A DNA stretch of 32,588 bases. It comes from Geosiphon pyriformis uo1. Taxonomy: Eukaryota; Fungi; Glomeromycota. Below the pieces are notes generated by a model. It searched no databases. It had not been told where the DNA came from and was given only the letters and a program-made list of their open reading frames with translations. Below are positions 22,775-32,588 of the stretch, one piece after another. The stretch spans positions 1-32,588 of the forward strand of contig JAAOMT010000550.1 of NCBI GenBank assembly GCA_016748015.1, given 5' to 3'. The position numbers and the translations under genes were made by a program. How positions within the stretch are numbered: position 1 is the stretch's first letter; every line of letters starts with the position of its first letter.

Positions 22775-23560
22775 CTGGGTTGTGAAAGAGGTGTTGTTTT
22801 TTCCGGCATTTGCTGGCATCCATCTAATGATTCTTTAATGGGCATTAGCATTAGTTTTCTGTGAGAACCATATAGCAGGAGAGCCTTGGAGGTAGCCACC
22901 AACAATTTGAAACTTGTACTCATTATTGTATTGGTTGGCTGTAGCAGCTCTCTCAATGTCATCCAACCATTCAATTAGATCTTGGGCATCACCTCTGAAT
23001 AATGGTAATGAAGTGTTGTTTCTTCGTCTTAAAGCAGTCTGTATACCTTGGAAGGCAATCAGAATGTTTTGTTGCAGAGGGTCTTGAGCCATTGGTTCAG
23101 ATGTAACTGTTTGTGTGAAGTGTTCTGATTCACTTAAAAAAAAATCAAAAACAGGAGTGGTTTGATAGCTTTCTTTTTCTGTTTTAAGAGGAGTTTCTGT
23201 TGATTAATGGGCAGCAATCCAAATGTGGATTTGATGATTCAGATATTCAAAATCAAGGGGCTGTTGTTCAAAGGTTGCAGAATATAAAAGCTGATTGATA
23301 TTGTTGTTTCTTCCTTTAAAGTTGTCTTCAAAATAAGTTTGGTTAAAGTAATAGATTGTATAAGCTGTGTAGGTTTCAGCTGAATATTTGTTTAAGAACC
23401 AGTTCCAAAAGTTTTAGAATTGTTTGCTAGATTGTTCTTTAATGGGAAAGCAAATCAAGCAGAAGAGCAAAGGATTGAGTTCAATAAAGTCTAGATCATT
23501 TTTGTTGTGTGTTTTAAAGTGTTCTTCTGATTGTTGTGGCAGGTATAAATAATGACTCAT
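22775..23560 (-). pseudogene. Element A gag, 5' part
   Basis: The ATG at 23560 is in frame with MAQDPLQQ...LPLFRGDAQDLIEWLDDIERAATANQY. It joins 11764-12532 in frame once element B is removed. Confidence 0.9.
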
Positions 23561-23587
23561 ACAATAGAAAACAAAGTGGATTTTGAC

Positions 23588-23606
23588 AATCTCACAGGGA
23601 GCACCA
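23588..23606 (-). promoter_or_regulatory. Primer-binding site of element A (tRNA-Ile(UAU)-like)
   Basis: TGGTGCTCCCTGTGAGATT lies 6 nt after the LTR end. Its complement AATCTCAC-AGGGAGC-A-CCA fits a T-arm and acceptor 3' end. Confidence 0.8.
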
Positions 23607-23612
23607 CTTTTA

Positions 23613-24348
23613 TGTTATGGGTTGGAGTAACAAGCTAACAGATAGCAAGGAAAAACAGGATTGTAGGGTGATAAAAATAATCAAAGGGAATTCAACTTTA
23701 AAGAGCAAATTGAATGAGTATGGATTTAATATGTGAGATCAGTCTCATAAAATATCTCAGTCGCTATTCTTTTCAAAGATAACTAGGGAATCTGAAGGTA
23801 GAGAAATAGTCCGTACTGTTAACAATTGATCACCATTGGTATAATTCTATGCCTCACATTAGTGCTCTTAGAATTCAATATCAGATATCAACTTGTGTTT
23901 TTCAGTCATGTTTATTCAAATAATCTTCAAATACTACAATTATATACGTTAAAAAAAGACCAACAAGTAATCTTTTATCTTTAAGATGTTCAGATACTTG
24001 AAGGTAGGAAAAGAGAAATTAGCAATAAGAGAAGGATTGAGATGAAAGTTGTTATTTTATTTATTCTTGATTATTTAGATGCTTGTTATTATATACTTTT
24101 CTACAGCTAAGAGACTCATTGCTTATATAGCTATTGAAAATAGTCAATGACCAGATCAATGATCAGGTTAATAATCAGGTCAATGATCAGGTTAATGATC
24201 AGATCAATGATCAGGTCAATGATCAAGTCAATAGTCAGATCATTGATCAGATCAATGATCAATATCTAAAAATAAGATGGCTAATTATATGACATTAGTA
24301 GCTAATACATGTGATAACTAATAAAAACTATGAGTTTCAACCATTACA
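23613..24348 (-). repeat. Element A 5' LTR
   Basis: Termini TGTTATGG...CCATTACA form an imperfect inverted repeat next to the PBS. It contains a 12-bp tandem array. There is no partner LTR, so the outer boundary cannot be confirmed by a TSD. Confidence 0.75.
24143..24262. repeat. Tandem array of about ten 12-bp units (GGTCAATGATCA) in U3 of the A LTR
   Basis: Directly visible, with a more degenerate copy at ~25625-25735. Confidence 0.9.
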
Positions 24349-24594
24349 ATATTAAAAAATTAGCTTTTATTGTTTATTTAATTTTTTTTAGTTAAAAAAT
24401 ATAGGTTTAAATTGTTCAAGCTTTTATTTTTAAAGATTTAATATTGTTTTTAACAAAACAAATAACACAAATTTTTTTAAAATAATATATAATACAACTA
24501 AATTATATTTAAATAATTTAGAAAAAAAATTTAAAGCTTTTTTTAAATAAAGTTTAAATTTAGTGTTTAAATTAAACTTTATATCCTGTTTAAA

Positions 24595-25152
24595 NNNNNN
24601 NNNNNNNNNNNNNNNNNNNNNNNNNNNNNNNNNNNNNNNNNNNNNNNNNNNNNNNNNNNNNNNNNNNNNNNNNNNNNNNNNNNNNNNNNNNNNNNNNNNN
24701 NNNNNNNNNNNNNNNNNNNNNNNNNNNNNNNNNNNNNNNNNNNNNNNNNNNNNNNNNNNNNNNNNNNNNNNNNNNNNNNNNNNNNNNNNNNNNNNNNNNN
24801 NNNNNNNNNNNNNNNNNNNNNNNNNNNNNNNNNNNNNNNNNNNNNNNNNNNNNNNNNNNNNNNNNNNNNNNNNNNNNNNNNNNNNNNNNNNNNNNNNNNN
24901 NNNNNNNNNNNNNNNNNNNNNNNNNNNNNNNNNNNNNNNNNNNNNNNNNNNNNNNNNNNNNNNNNNNNNNNNNNNNNNNNNNNNNNNNNNNNNNNNNNNN
25001 NNNNNNNNNNNNNNNNNNNNNNNNNNNNNNNNNNNNNNNNNNNNNNNNNNNNNNNNNNNNNNNNNNNNNNNNNNNNNNNNNNNNNNNNNNNNNNNNNNNN
25101 NNNNNNNNNNNNNNNNNNNNNNNNNNNNNNNNNNNNNNNNNNNNNNNNNNNN
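24595..25152. other. Assembly gap
   Basis: Run of N. Confidence 1.
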
Positions 25153-25249
25153 AATATTTTAATATAAAAGTGACTATTAATCAAATAATTAATTCAATTA
25201 GATTATAAATACAATGTAATTTGTGTTGTTTTTAAGAAATTAATAAAAA

Positions 25250-25842
25250 AGTAATTCAATTTTAATGAATAAATTGAATTAGTAAGAATTCAATATATAA
25301 GATTAGTTTTATAAATATCTTAATTACTATTCTTTTCAAAAATAACAAAAAAATCTGAATAGTCTATACTATTAACAAAAATAACACACTAGTATAATTC
25401 TATGCCTTACATTAGCACTTTTAATATTAGGTATTAATTGTACTTTTCAGTAAATATTTTATTCAATATACTTTACAGAAACTAACAATTATACAAATTA
25501 AGAAAAAAAAAAAAAATAGTAAAAAGAAAATAAAGAATTGATATTGTTGTATTAATCTGAAAATGTAAATTCGAATATAAATGTCTTTTTTACAGCTTTA
25601 AAAAGTTTTGTTTATATTAATAATTAGGTCAATAATCAGATTGGTAATCACATCAATAATTTGGTCAATGATCAAGTTAATAATCAAGTCAATAACCAAG
25701 TCAATAATTAAGTTAATAATCATATTAATGACTATTTCTAAAAATAAAGTAGTTAACTAATGACTTTAGTGGCTAATACATGTGACTAACTATGATTAAG
25801 TAAATAATAAAAAGCTAAAAAATAAAAAATTTAACCATAACA
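25250..25842 (-). repeat. Older, heavily AT-shifted relic LTR of the element A family
   Basis: Collinear with 23688-24348: ctattcttttcaaa, gtataattctatgcc, the 12-bp array, gctaatacatgtga and the terminus accataaca. The left boundary is unclear. Confidence 0.8.
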
Positions 25843-26256
25843 ATATTATAAAGTTCACATTTATTCTTATTTATTTGATTAATAATAAGAATATTTACAA
25901 TTTTATGAGTAAAAACATAATATTATAAGTTTACAAATAATTTGAAAAATAAAATTTATAGATTGAAATTTACAGAAACAAAATCTATTAGTTTATTTGA
26001 AATATCAAATTTTCTATTAAACATGTTTATATATAAAATATTTGAAAAGAAAATGTTTTACAGTCAATAATTTTTACATTTAAAAATAAACTTTTTTTAA
26101 AAATAAAACTATATATGATAATCTATATTATATATAAAACTAAATATAAATAAAAAACCGATTTTTTCTCAAATTTTTCATCTGTTCTATTATTAAAGTG
26201 CTTACTAATTTCATTGGTTTAACAAAAATACAAACATATTAATTTATTATTGCTAA

Positions 26257-26693
26257 NNNNNNNNNNNNNNNNNNNNNNNNNNNNNNNNNNNNNNNNNNNN
26301 NNNNNNNNNNNNNNNNNNNNNNNNNNNNNNNNNNNNNNNNNNNNNNNNNNNNNNNNNNNNNNNNNNNNNNNNNNNNNNNNNNNNNNNNNNNNNNNNNNNN
26401 NNNNNNNNNNNNNNNNNNNNNNNNNNNNNNNNNNNNNNNNNNNNNNNNNNNNNNNNNNNNNNNNNNNNNNNNNNNNNNNNNNNNNNNNNNNNNNNNNNNN
26501 NNNNNNNNNNNNNNNNNNNNNNNNNNNNNNNNNNNNNNNNNNNNNNNNNNNNNNNNNNNNNNNNNNNNNNNNNNNNNNNNNNNNNNNNNNNNNNNNNNNN
26601 NNNNNNNNNNNNNNNNNNNNNNNNNNNNNNNNNNNNNNNNNNNNNNNNNNNNNNNNNNNNNNNNNNNNNNNNNNNNNNNNNNNNNNNNNNNNN
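26257..26693. other. Assembly gap
   Basis: Run of N. Confidence 1.
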
Positions 26694-28109
26694 GATACAA
26701 TAAAAAAAAATAAATTAAAATTTATCAAATTATTTTATTTATGATCTATTTTTCATAATTGCATATTTTAAAATATCAAAAATACCATTTCATATATATT
26801 TTATCAAATTATTTCAAGAGAAAAAATAACTTACTGGATTTTTGAAAATTTTCAAATGTCAAAATAATAAATTATTAGCCATTTAAAGCTTATAATTAAT
26901 TAAATTTCATTGATGTTTTTTTGCTGACTTTCAGGATACTTAATATTATTAAATTAAATTAAAAAAAAATCTCAATTAGAAATATTTTTCAAATTAAATT
27001 TTTTTAAAACTTTTGAATTCTTATTAAAATCATAACATCAAAAATTCAATTTCAAAATTCTTAAATTTACCAAAAAAACTTGATGATAAACAATAATTTT
27101 TATTTACAAAATCTAAATCTGAATTTTCTAGTTGAATTAACTGCTTTATAATTAAAAATTCGGCTTTAATGTTCAAAATAGAATTATATAACACTATATA
27201 ACACAAAAATTTGAGTTTCATAAGATAATATTTAGTATTTAGAAGTAAAAATTTGTAAATAAAAGCAGTTTTACTATCAGTAAACAAAAATATAAACAAA
27301 AGTTTTTGGAAAGCATATTTTTATACCATTATAAATTGTAAAACATTATATTAAAAAAGTTTAAATAATCTACTACATATAAATAAATTTTTTTTTTAAA
27401 TTAGTAGTAGTAAATTTCATTGAAAAACTTTATAAAAGCTTGAATTAAAATTATCTTTTTGAATATGTAAAGTTGCTCAACAAATTTTGTAAAATAAAAT
27501 AACTTTTAATCTGAAATTTTACACAATTAAATTTTGATAAGATAAGAAACATTTTTTTCTGAACTCTAATAATATTAGCAGCAGCCTATTTTTCTCAAAT
27601 AGCAATTTCAAAACAAATACCAAAAGAACTTGATGTTAACTATTATATAAAAAAGTATTTAGATAAGAGTTATATTTCTCTTAAGACTTTAATCTATTAT
27701 TCAAGCTAATTAAAAATTTAAATAATTAAGTTGTAAATTTAAGAGCTTTACTTTTAATATATTTTATTAGAAGATGAAAATTTTTATTGTTATTTATAAT
27801 TTATAATTTTTAATCAGATTTTTGAATAAAATTCTGTACTTTATAAGATTATATAATAATTTATATGCTGTAAAATATCTAATTAGATTGGTAAATTTAA
27901 TTAAAATATTTAAAAGTTTTTATAATAATTAAGTTAAATATAAAATAACTACAGTGAACTCTCTTTATAATTACATCTTTTGGTCAGCACATTTGTGGTG
28001 ACTATAAAGAGATAGAACTATAAAAAATAATTAATATCTTATTACATGATCTATATATCACATACATAATATAATAATCAATTATATATATTTTATTTAA
28101 AAAAGCTAT

Positions 28110-29651
28110 CTATTTGTAACTGTTTTTTTCTTCTTGAACTTTGAGAACAGTATTACAAATTAATGTTTTCAAAGTTTTAAAAAAATCTGAATTAACTTTT
28201 TTACTATACTGCTCTTCACAATAGCACAATGTATCTTCAAGTACAATTTTATCTTGATGTGTAGATAGCAAAAGCAAAGATTCATCTTTATTTTTACTTT
28301 TTAAATCTTTATTTGCATTAGAATTTCCACTATACTTGTTGTTAATAAGATCCACAATTTTATTCTTTGAGGCATAAGTAAATAATAGTTCAAACTTGTC
28401 AATATTAATGAAGTTTAATGCCAATAGCTTGTCAATATCAATGTGTTTAATAAGAACTTGTACTTCTTATAGGAGTTCTTGTTCAATATTTAATAGATAG
28501 ACTGGTATTTGACTATTATTCAGAATTCTCATATGATGCCAACAGTTTTGGATTGTAGTTGTTGTTACCACTGATCATGCATCAATTAGAAACTTAACTA
28601 CATCTTTTAATGTTATTGTTGATATTGGAATCTTGCCATTATACTGATTAATAAGATAGAAAAGAAACAACTTTTGGTATTGTGCCTTAAAGAATGCAAT
28701 AATTCTTGCATTTAATGATTGCAAATGGGATGTTGTATTGGATAGTAGGTATCTAATTATAATATTAGATAATATGGAAAATTCTCTACTATGGGGACCA
28801 GCATTATCAAGCAATAGCAAAATCTATTTTTTCTTGTGATGCATTTCTTCATTTAATAAATTAAGCCATTTACTAAAAATATCAGTTCGCATCCATGCTT
28901 TTGTATTGTAATGATAAGTGATTGAAAATGCATTCATATTAATATTATGAAAACATCATGGCTTTGTGGCTTTGCCGATAATTAAAGGCTACAACTTGAT
29001 GCTGCCTGTTGCATTACAAACAAAAAGTATGGTAATTTGACTCTTATTACACTTGGTGCCAGAGGTAGATCTTGTTACCAAAGTTGCATTTGGTGGTATT
29101 CTAAAGAATAATGCTGTCTCATTGGCATTATAAACATTATTTAGATCATATTTGCTGATAATCTCATGCAGTTTTTTTCATTTCTCTAGTAAAATTTCCA
29201 AGAGGGCACTGTTTGCTTCACCATGCATCTTAATATAATGCAAATTATGACGTTTTTTGAACTTTTCTAATCAAATATCTGATGCTTTAAAGTTATTTTC
29301 TTTTGGAAACTTTTCAACAAACTTAAGGGCTTTTGTTTGTAAAATTTTTCCAGTAAAAATGCAGTTGGTAGTTAGTGCTCCAAGCATCCATTCTCTCAGT
29401 ACATTATTTATCTTTAGAAACATCTCATTTTTGCTCTTTGTCAATTGACCAGAGTTGCCAGATACATTTTTTTCAATCCATCGGTCTGATTTTGCAAGTA
29501 TCTTTGTTACAGTAGAGCAGTCAATCTTTAGATTAAATATTTCAATAAGTCTATTTGCTGAGTAGTCAGGATGCTCTAGTTTGTACTGGCAAAGAGTCTT
29601 TTTAGTCTCTAAGAAGATTACTACTCGCTTTTGATTTGTGTTTTTTGGCAT
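28110..29651 (-). pseudogene. pogo/Tigger-like transposase (CENP-B-type HTH plus DDE_1)
   Basis: The N-terminus has KKTLCQYK...STVTKIL...FKAS. The catalytic motifs are VYNANETALF, LLLDNAGPH and TTSHLQSLNARII, with two Asp changed to Asn. It is interrupted by stops. Confidence 0.92.
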
Positions 29652-29918
29652 GTTAATAAGAACACACTTTTTATTGCATTTTGCTTTTATAATGTATTAA
29701 TGTATTTGTTATGTTTTAAACATCATTTTGTCTTATATTTAATCAGACATGTGAGGTGGCTTATGTTATATGAGGTGCCTTAGATTATAAAAAGCAGCCA
29801 AATTATAAAAATAAAGGTTTTAATTCAACTGTAGGATTCTAAGTGCAAATGACAGATTCTTGGTAAAAAGAAACCTAATTTTGATAATGTATCTGCGACA
29901 CTTTTTGCCTCTTACTCC

Positions 29919-30032
29919 CAACTGATGATTAATAATGAAGGCTGTCAATTTAATCCTCTGCATACTTACATAATTGTATAGAAAATAGCACAATGTTATG
30001 TTGTTAAGCCCTCCAAACACAGCAATACTTAT
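29919..30032 (-). pseudogene. Cargo fragment: TilS-like PP-loop (second copy)
   Basis: It reads ISIAVFGGLNNITLCYFL...IKLTAFIINHQL. Confidence 0.68.
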
Positions 30033-30167
30033 ATCAATTGGAATATCGATATAAAATACTTTATACAATGTCAGAGATATCAGAGTGAAAGTCAACTGCA
30101 GTTTTTTAAAAAATGTCCTGATTATCATAAGTTATGGGATTTAATATGTAATATATATAGGCATGTA

Positions 30168-30860
30168 ATGGCTTTCAAATTAATATGGCCATATGTTGTT
30201 TCTAAGGAAAATCTATCTGTTGAAGGTTACTTAGAATGGGCCCAAAATGAAACAGATCTCATGTTCAGATTAAAGTATGAACAAGTCTTTTTTTATTTAC
30301 AAGCAATTATTAACTTTCATACTGGAGTTTGTTTCAATAGGTCTTTATTAAAACTTGCAGCTAAACAAATGTTTGCACCAATTTGGTTTGCTTAGTGCTA
30401 TCCTATTTACTAATTAATTGAAATTGCTGATAAAGAACAATGGCTATGATTGAAGCCTGAAGTTTGTAAGCTGATTCAAGAAAGAATTGTAATTTCTTGA
30501 TTTAAACTTTTAAATCAACATCAAGACCATGATGTAATACTTAAAAAAATTAACAAAATGCTCAAATTGTTGATTTTTTTTACACTTTTACAATGGCATT
30601 GGGAAATTGCAGTATGTAACTGTATTAAATTTGAGAGATTGTATATTAATTTCTTTAATGTTATCAGATATTCTAAAAGTAAAATATACAGATCTTGTAC
30701 ACGTTCTAGCTTTATTGCTAAATTAAATTGATTTCGAGTTCAGATAAGAAAGACACAGTTTGTAAATCCAAATGTTTTTAATAGTGTTTTTCATAATATT
30801 GGCCATGAATGAATATTAAGCAAAGAAATAAAAAATTCAGTAAAATTGCATGGATGAAAA
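30168..30860 (+). pseudogene. Cargo fragment: uncharacterised repetitive protein C-terminus (possibly DUF6589-like), second copy
   Basis: ORF 30168-30395 continues through stops: FAPIWFA*CYPIY*LIEIADKE...QHQDHDVILKKINK...FRVQIRKTQFVNP. Confidence 0.5.
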
Positions 30861-32588
30861 GAATAGATTTTTTTAAAGCAAAGCAAATTAAGGAAACATT
30901 ATTAGATACTTGGAAACTAATTCCAGTAATAAGTGAAAAAGCAGATCATCAAAAAATGTAAATCTGTTAATAAAATCACAACTATTACTTATTATTAATT
31001 CTCTAATACCTCTTTTAAGTAATCATGTTTTTGAAGCTTATTAAGTTAATCGTGTGACAGTCTAATAAATATTCTTTAAGAAGTTAGAAATATATTGTAT
31101 TGTGTACAGTTTTGTTTATCTTGGATTGGATACATTATCATTTATAATTAGCATTTTTAAAACATGATATGTTAAGTCTAAGTCCGAATCTCCATTCTGC
31201 ATGATTATGTTTGGATTATGAAAAGCATTCAATACAGATTTATTTGCCCAAAAAAGTTGATTTTTAATACATCTTTAAAACTATCAGTCAAACTTTTGCT
31301 CACTAATACTAAATATTGGTCGAATGATAAATATGATTGTTAGTATGGAGCTCTTTTTTAATTGTGAATACCAAAATTGGTGTGAAAATGTATTTATTGG
31401 GTATATATTAGAATTCTTATGCTCTGAGTTTTATTACTGGTCACATTTTTTTTCTTAAGGAAAGGTAAATTTGAACTCCATTCCCAGTTAATTTGCTTGA
31501 GCAATGTCCCATTAACAAACTTGTTCTCAGAAGATTCCATTAGGCCATTATTCTTACTTGTAGATCTGTTAATTCTTTCTCTCAATACAGAGAAAAAGTA
31601 ATCTTGTTAACCAAAGTTTGATCCAGAGTAACTTCATTGATACTCGCAGCAATAGCTTCTGAAGCACCACCAGTCTCCAAAGCACCAAGAGCAGCAATAC
31701 TGTACCATATGTTAACTATTATTAAAACTCTTATAATACTCGCAAACAACAAGCCAGATATAATAGTTCTATTATTGTCTTTTGATGGCAGTGGCAGCTT
31801 ATAAAAAAGAAGAGTAATATTTGAGAAATTTTGTTTAATATTTTACAATTGTTTCTAGAAACTTCTTTAATTTTTTTTATTACTATAAAAAGAATGATTT
31901 CCATTAACAAATCGGGAAATCTTCCTGACTGTACATGTCCAATTAAATATGAGATGACATTTGATGTTCATATCTAATATCATATAATTATAGTGTGACT
32001 ATAGAGAGTAGAAATTACTTATATTCTGCTATCATATTTGTGGGAATAGGAATTATAAGGAGATATATATAGTAAAAGTGACTATAAGGAGATAATATTA
32101 TATATAAATGGTTTTGGTTTTTAAAAAAATGTGATTATAAGAAGATAGTGACTATAATCAGAAGGACTATAAAGAGAGTTTACTGTAGTTTTATTATTAA
32201 TAAATATATTGTATTAATTAAATTAAGATAGAAATTTTTTGAATATAATATCAAAATATAATATTAAATTAAAACAATTATTAAGTATAAATTTTAAAAA
32301 TTTATTAAAATTAGTATTAAATATAACTGTTTTATAAAGCAAATATTTTTATAATATTAGATAGTTAAATATAAAATAGTATAATTTTAATTAACTTAAG
32401 TAACTAATTATATAAAAAAAAAACATAAATTGTATTTAAGAAATAAAAGAATTTTAATAAATATATTTTTTAATAATTAATTTGGTTTATTTAGATTTTT
32501 TAAACACAAATACTAAAAACTTTTTTCTTTTGCTTATTTCAAATATCTCAAAGAGTTATTTTTAAAAAAAGTTTTAAATTAAAAAAAA

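Larger units (their letters stand above)
7473..24348 (-). mobile_element. Ty3/Gypsy LTR retrotransposon A (host element), 3'-truncated and interrupted by element B
   Basis: Minus-strand order is LTR, PBS, gag (CCHC), PR, RT, RNase H, IN, extra ORF. RT-RH-IN order is diagnostic of the Gypsy-type arrangement. No 3' LTR or PPT is found. Confidence 0.93.
27952..32185 (-). mobile_element. pogo/Tigger-type (Tc1/mariner superfamily) DNA transposon, 4.2 kb, with cargo
   Basis: TIRs CAGT(G/A)AACTCTCTTTATA are at both ends, with TA at 27950-27951 and 32186-32187. It contains a CENP-B-HTH/DDE_1 transposase. Confidence 0.92.
29711..32588 (-). repeat. Right arm of the inverted duplication (partner 4578-7472), running to the window end
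   Basis: Reverse complement of the left arm, including about 400 bp outside the TIR. Confidence 0.95.

Noticed and set aside
7151-23606. Functional link between the TilS-like cargo and the tRNA-Ile PBS
   Set aside because: They are in different elements, TilS acts on bacterial/organellar tRNA-Ile(CAU), and the fragment is only ~38 codons. This is a coincidence.
24143-24262. Regular repeats superficially like a CRISPR array
   Set aside because: They are contiguous 12-bp tandem units with no unique spacers and no cas genes, inside a eukaryotic LTR.
25250-25842. Possible partner LTR for element A
   Set aside because: It lies on the wrong side (upstream of the 5' LTR) and is far more diverged, so it is a separate older relic.
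24563-26744. Long ORFs of 150-200 aa in the ORF track
   Set aside because: They are artefacts of translating N gaps.
26694-27949. ORF 27030-27299 and surrounding AT-rich DNA
   Set aside because: No recognisable domain. It is probably an ancient mutated repeat.

Overview
Very AT-rich, CpG-depleted eukaryotic DNA with two N gaps and no intact host gene. By inference it is fungal, and the retroelement proteins resemble those I know from Glomeromycotina such as Geosiphon. The window is a graveyard of nested transposons. (1) A decayed LINE-ORF1-like relic lies at ~0.2-2.3 kb. (2) A solo LTR with a 4-bp TSD lies at 2739-3488. (3) Ty3/Gypsy element A (minus strand, 7473-24348) has a 5' LTR, a tRNA PBS, gag, a TTTAAAC -1 frameshift, PR-RT-RH-IN and an extra 3' ORF, but has lost its 3' LTR. 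(4) A full-length Ty3/Gypsy element B (12533-22774, CTGG TSD) is inserted into A's gag; it has a Cys-rich block and a dUTPase between PR and RT, plus an extra post-integrase ORF. (5) A 4.2-kb pogo/Tigger-type DNA transposon (27952-32185, TA TSD) carries about 2.5 kb of captured fragments, including a TilS-like PP-loop piece. (6) An inverted duplication of at least 2.9 kb (4578-7472 vs 29711-32588) includes that transposon end and its flank and brackets most of the window. Repeat copies differ almost only by C>T/G>A transitions, a RIP-like pattern. All coding regions are pseudogenised. Coordinates and alignments were done by eye.
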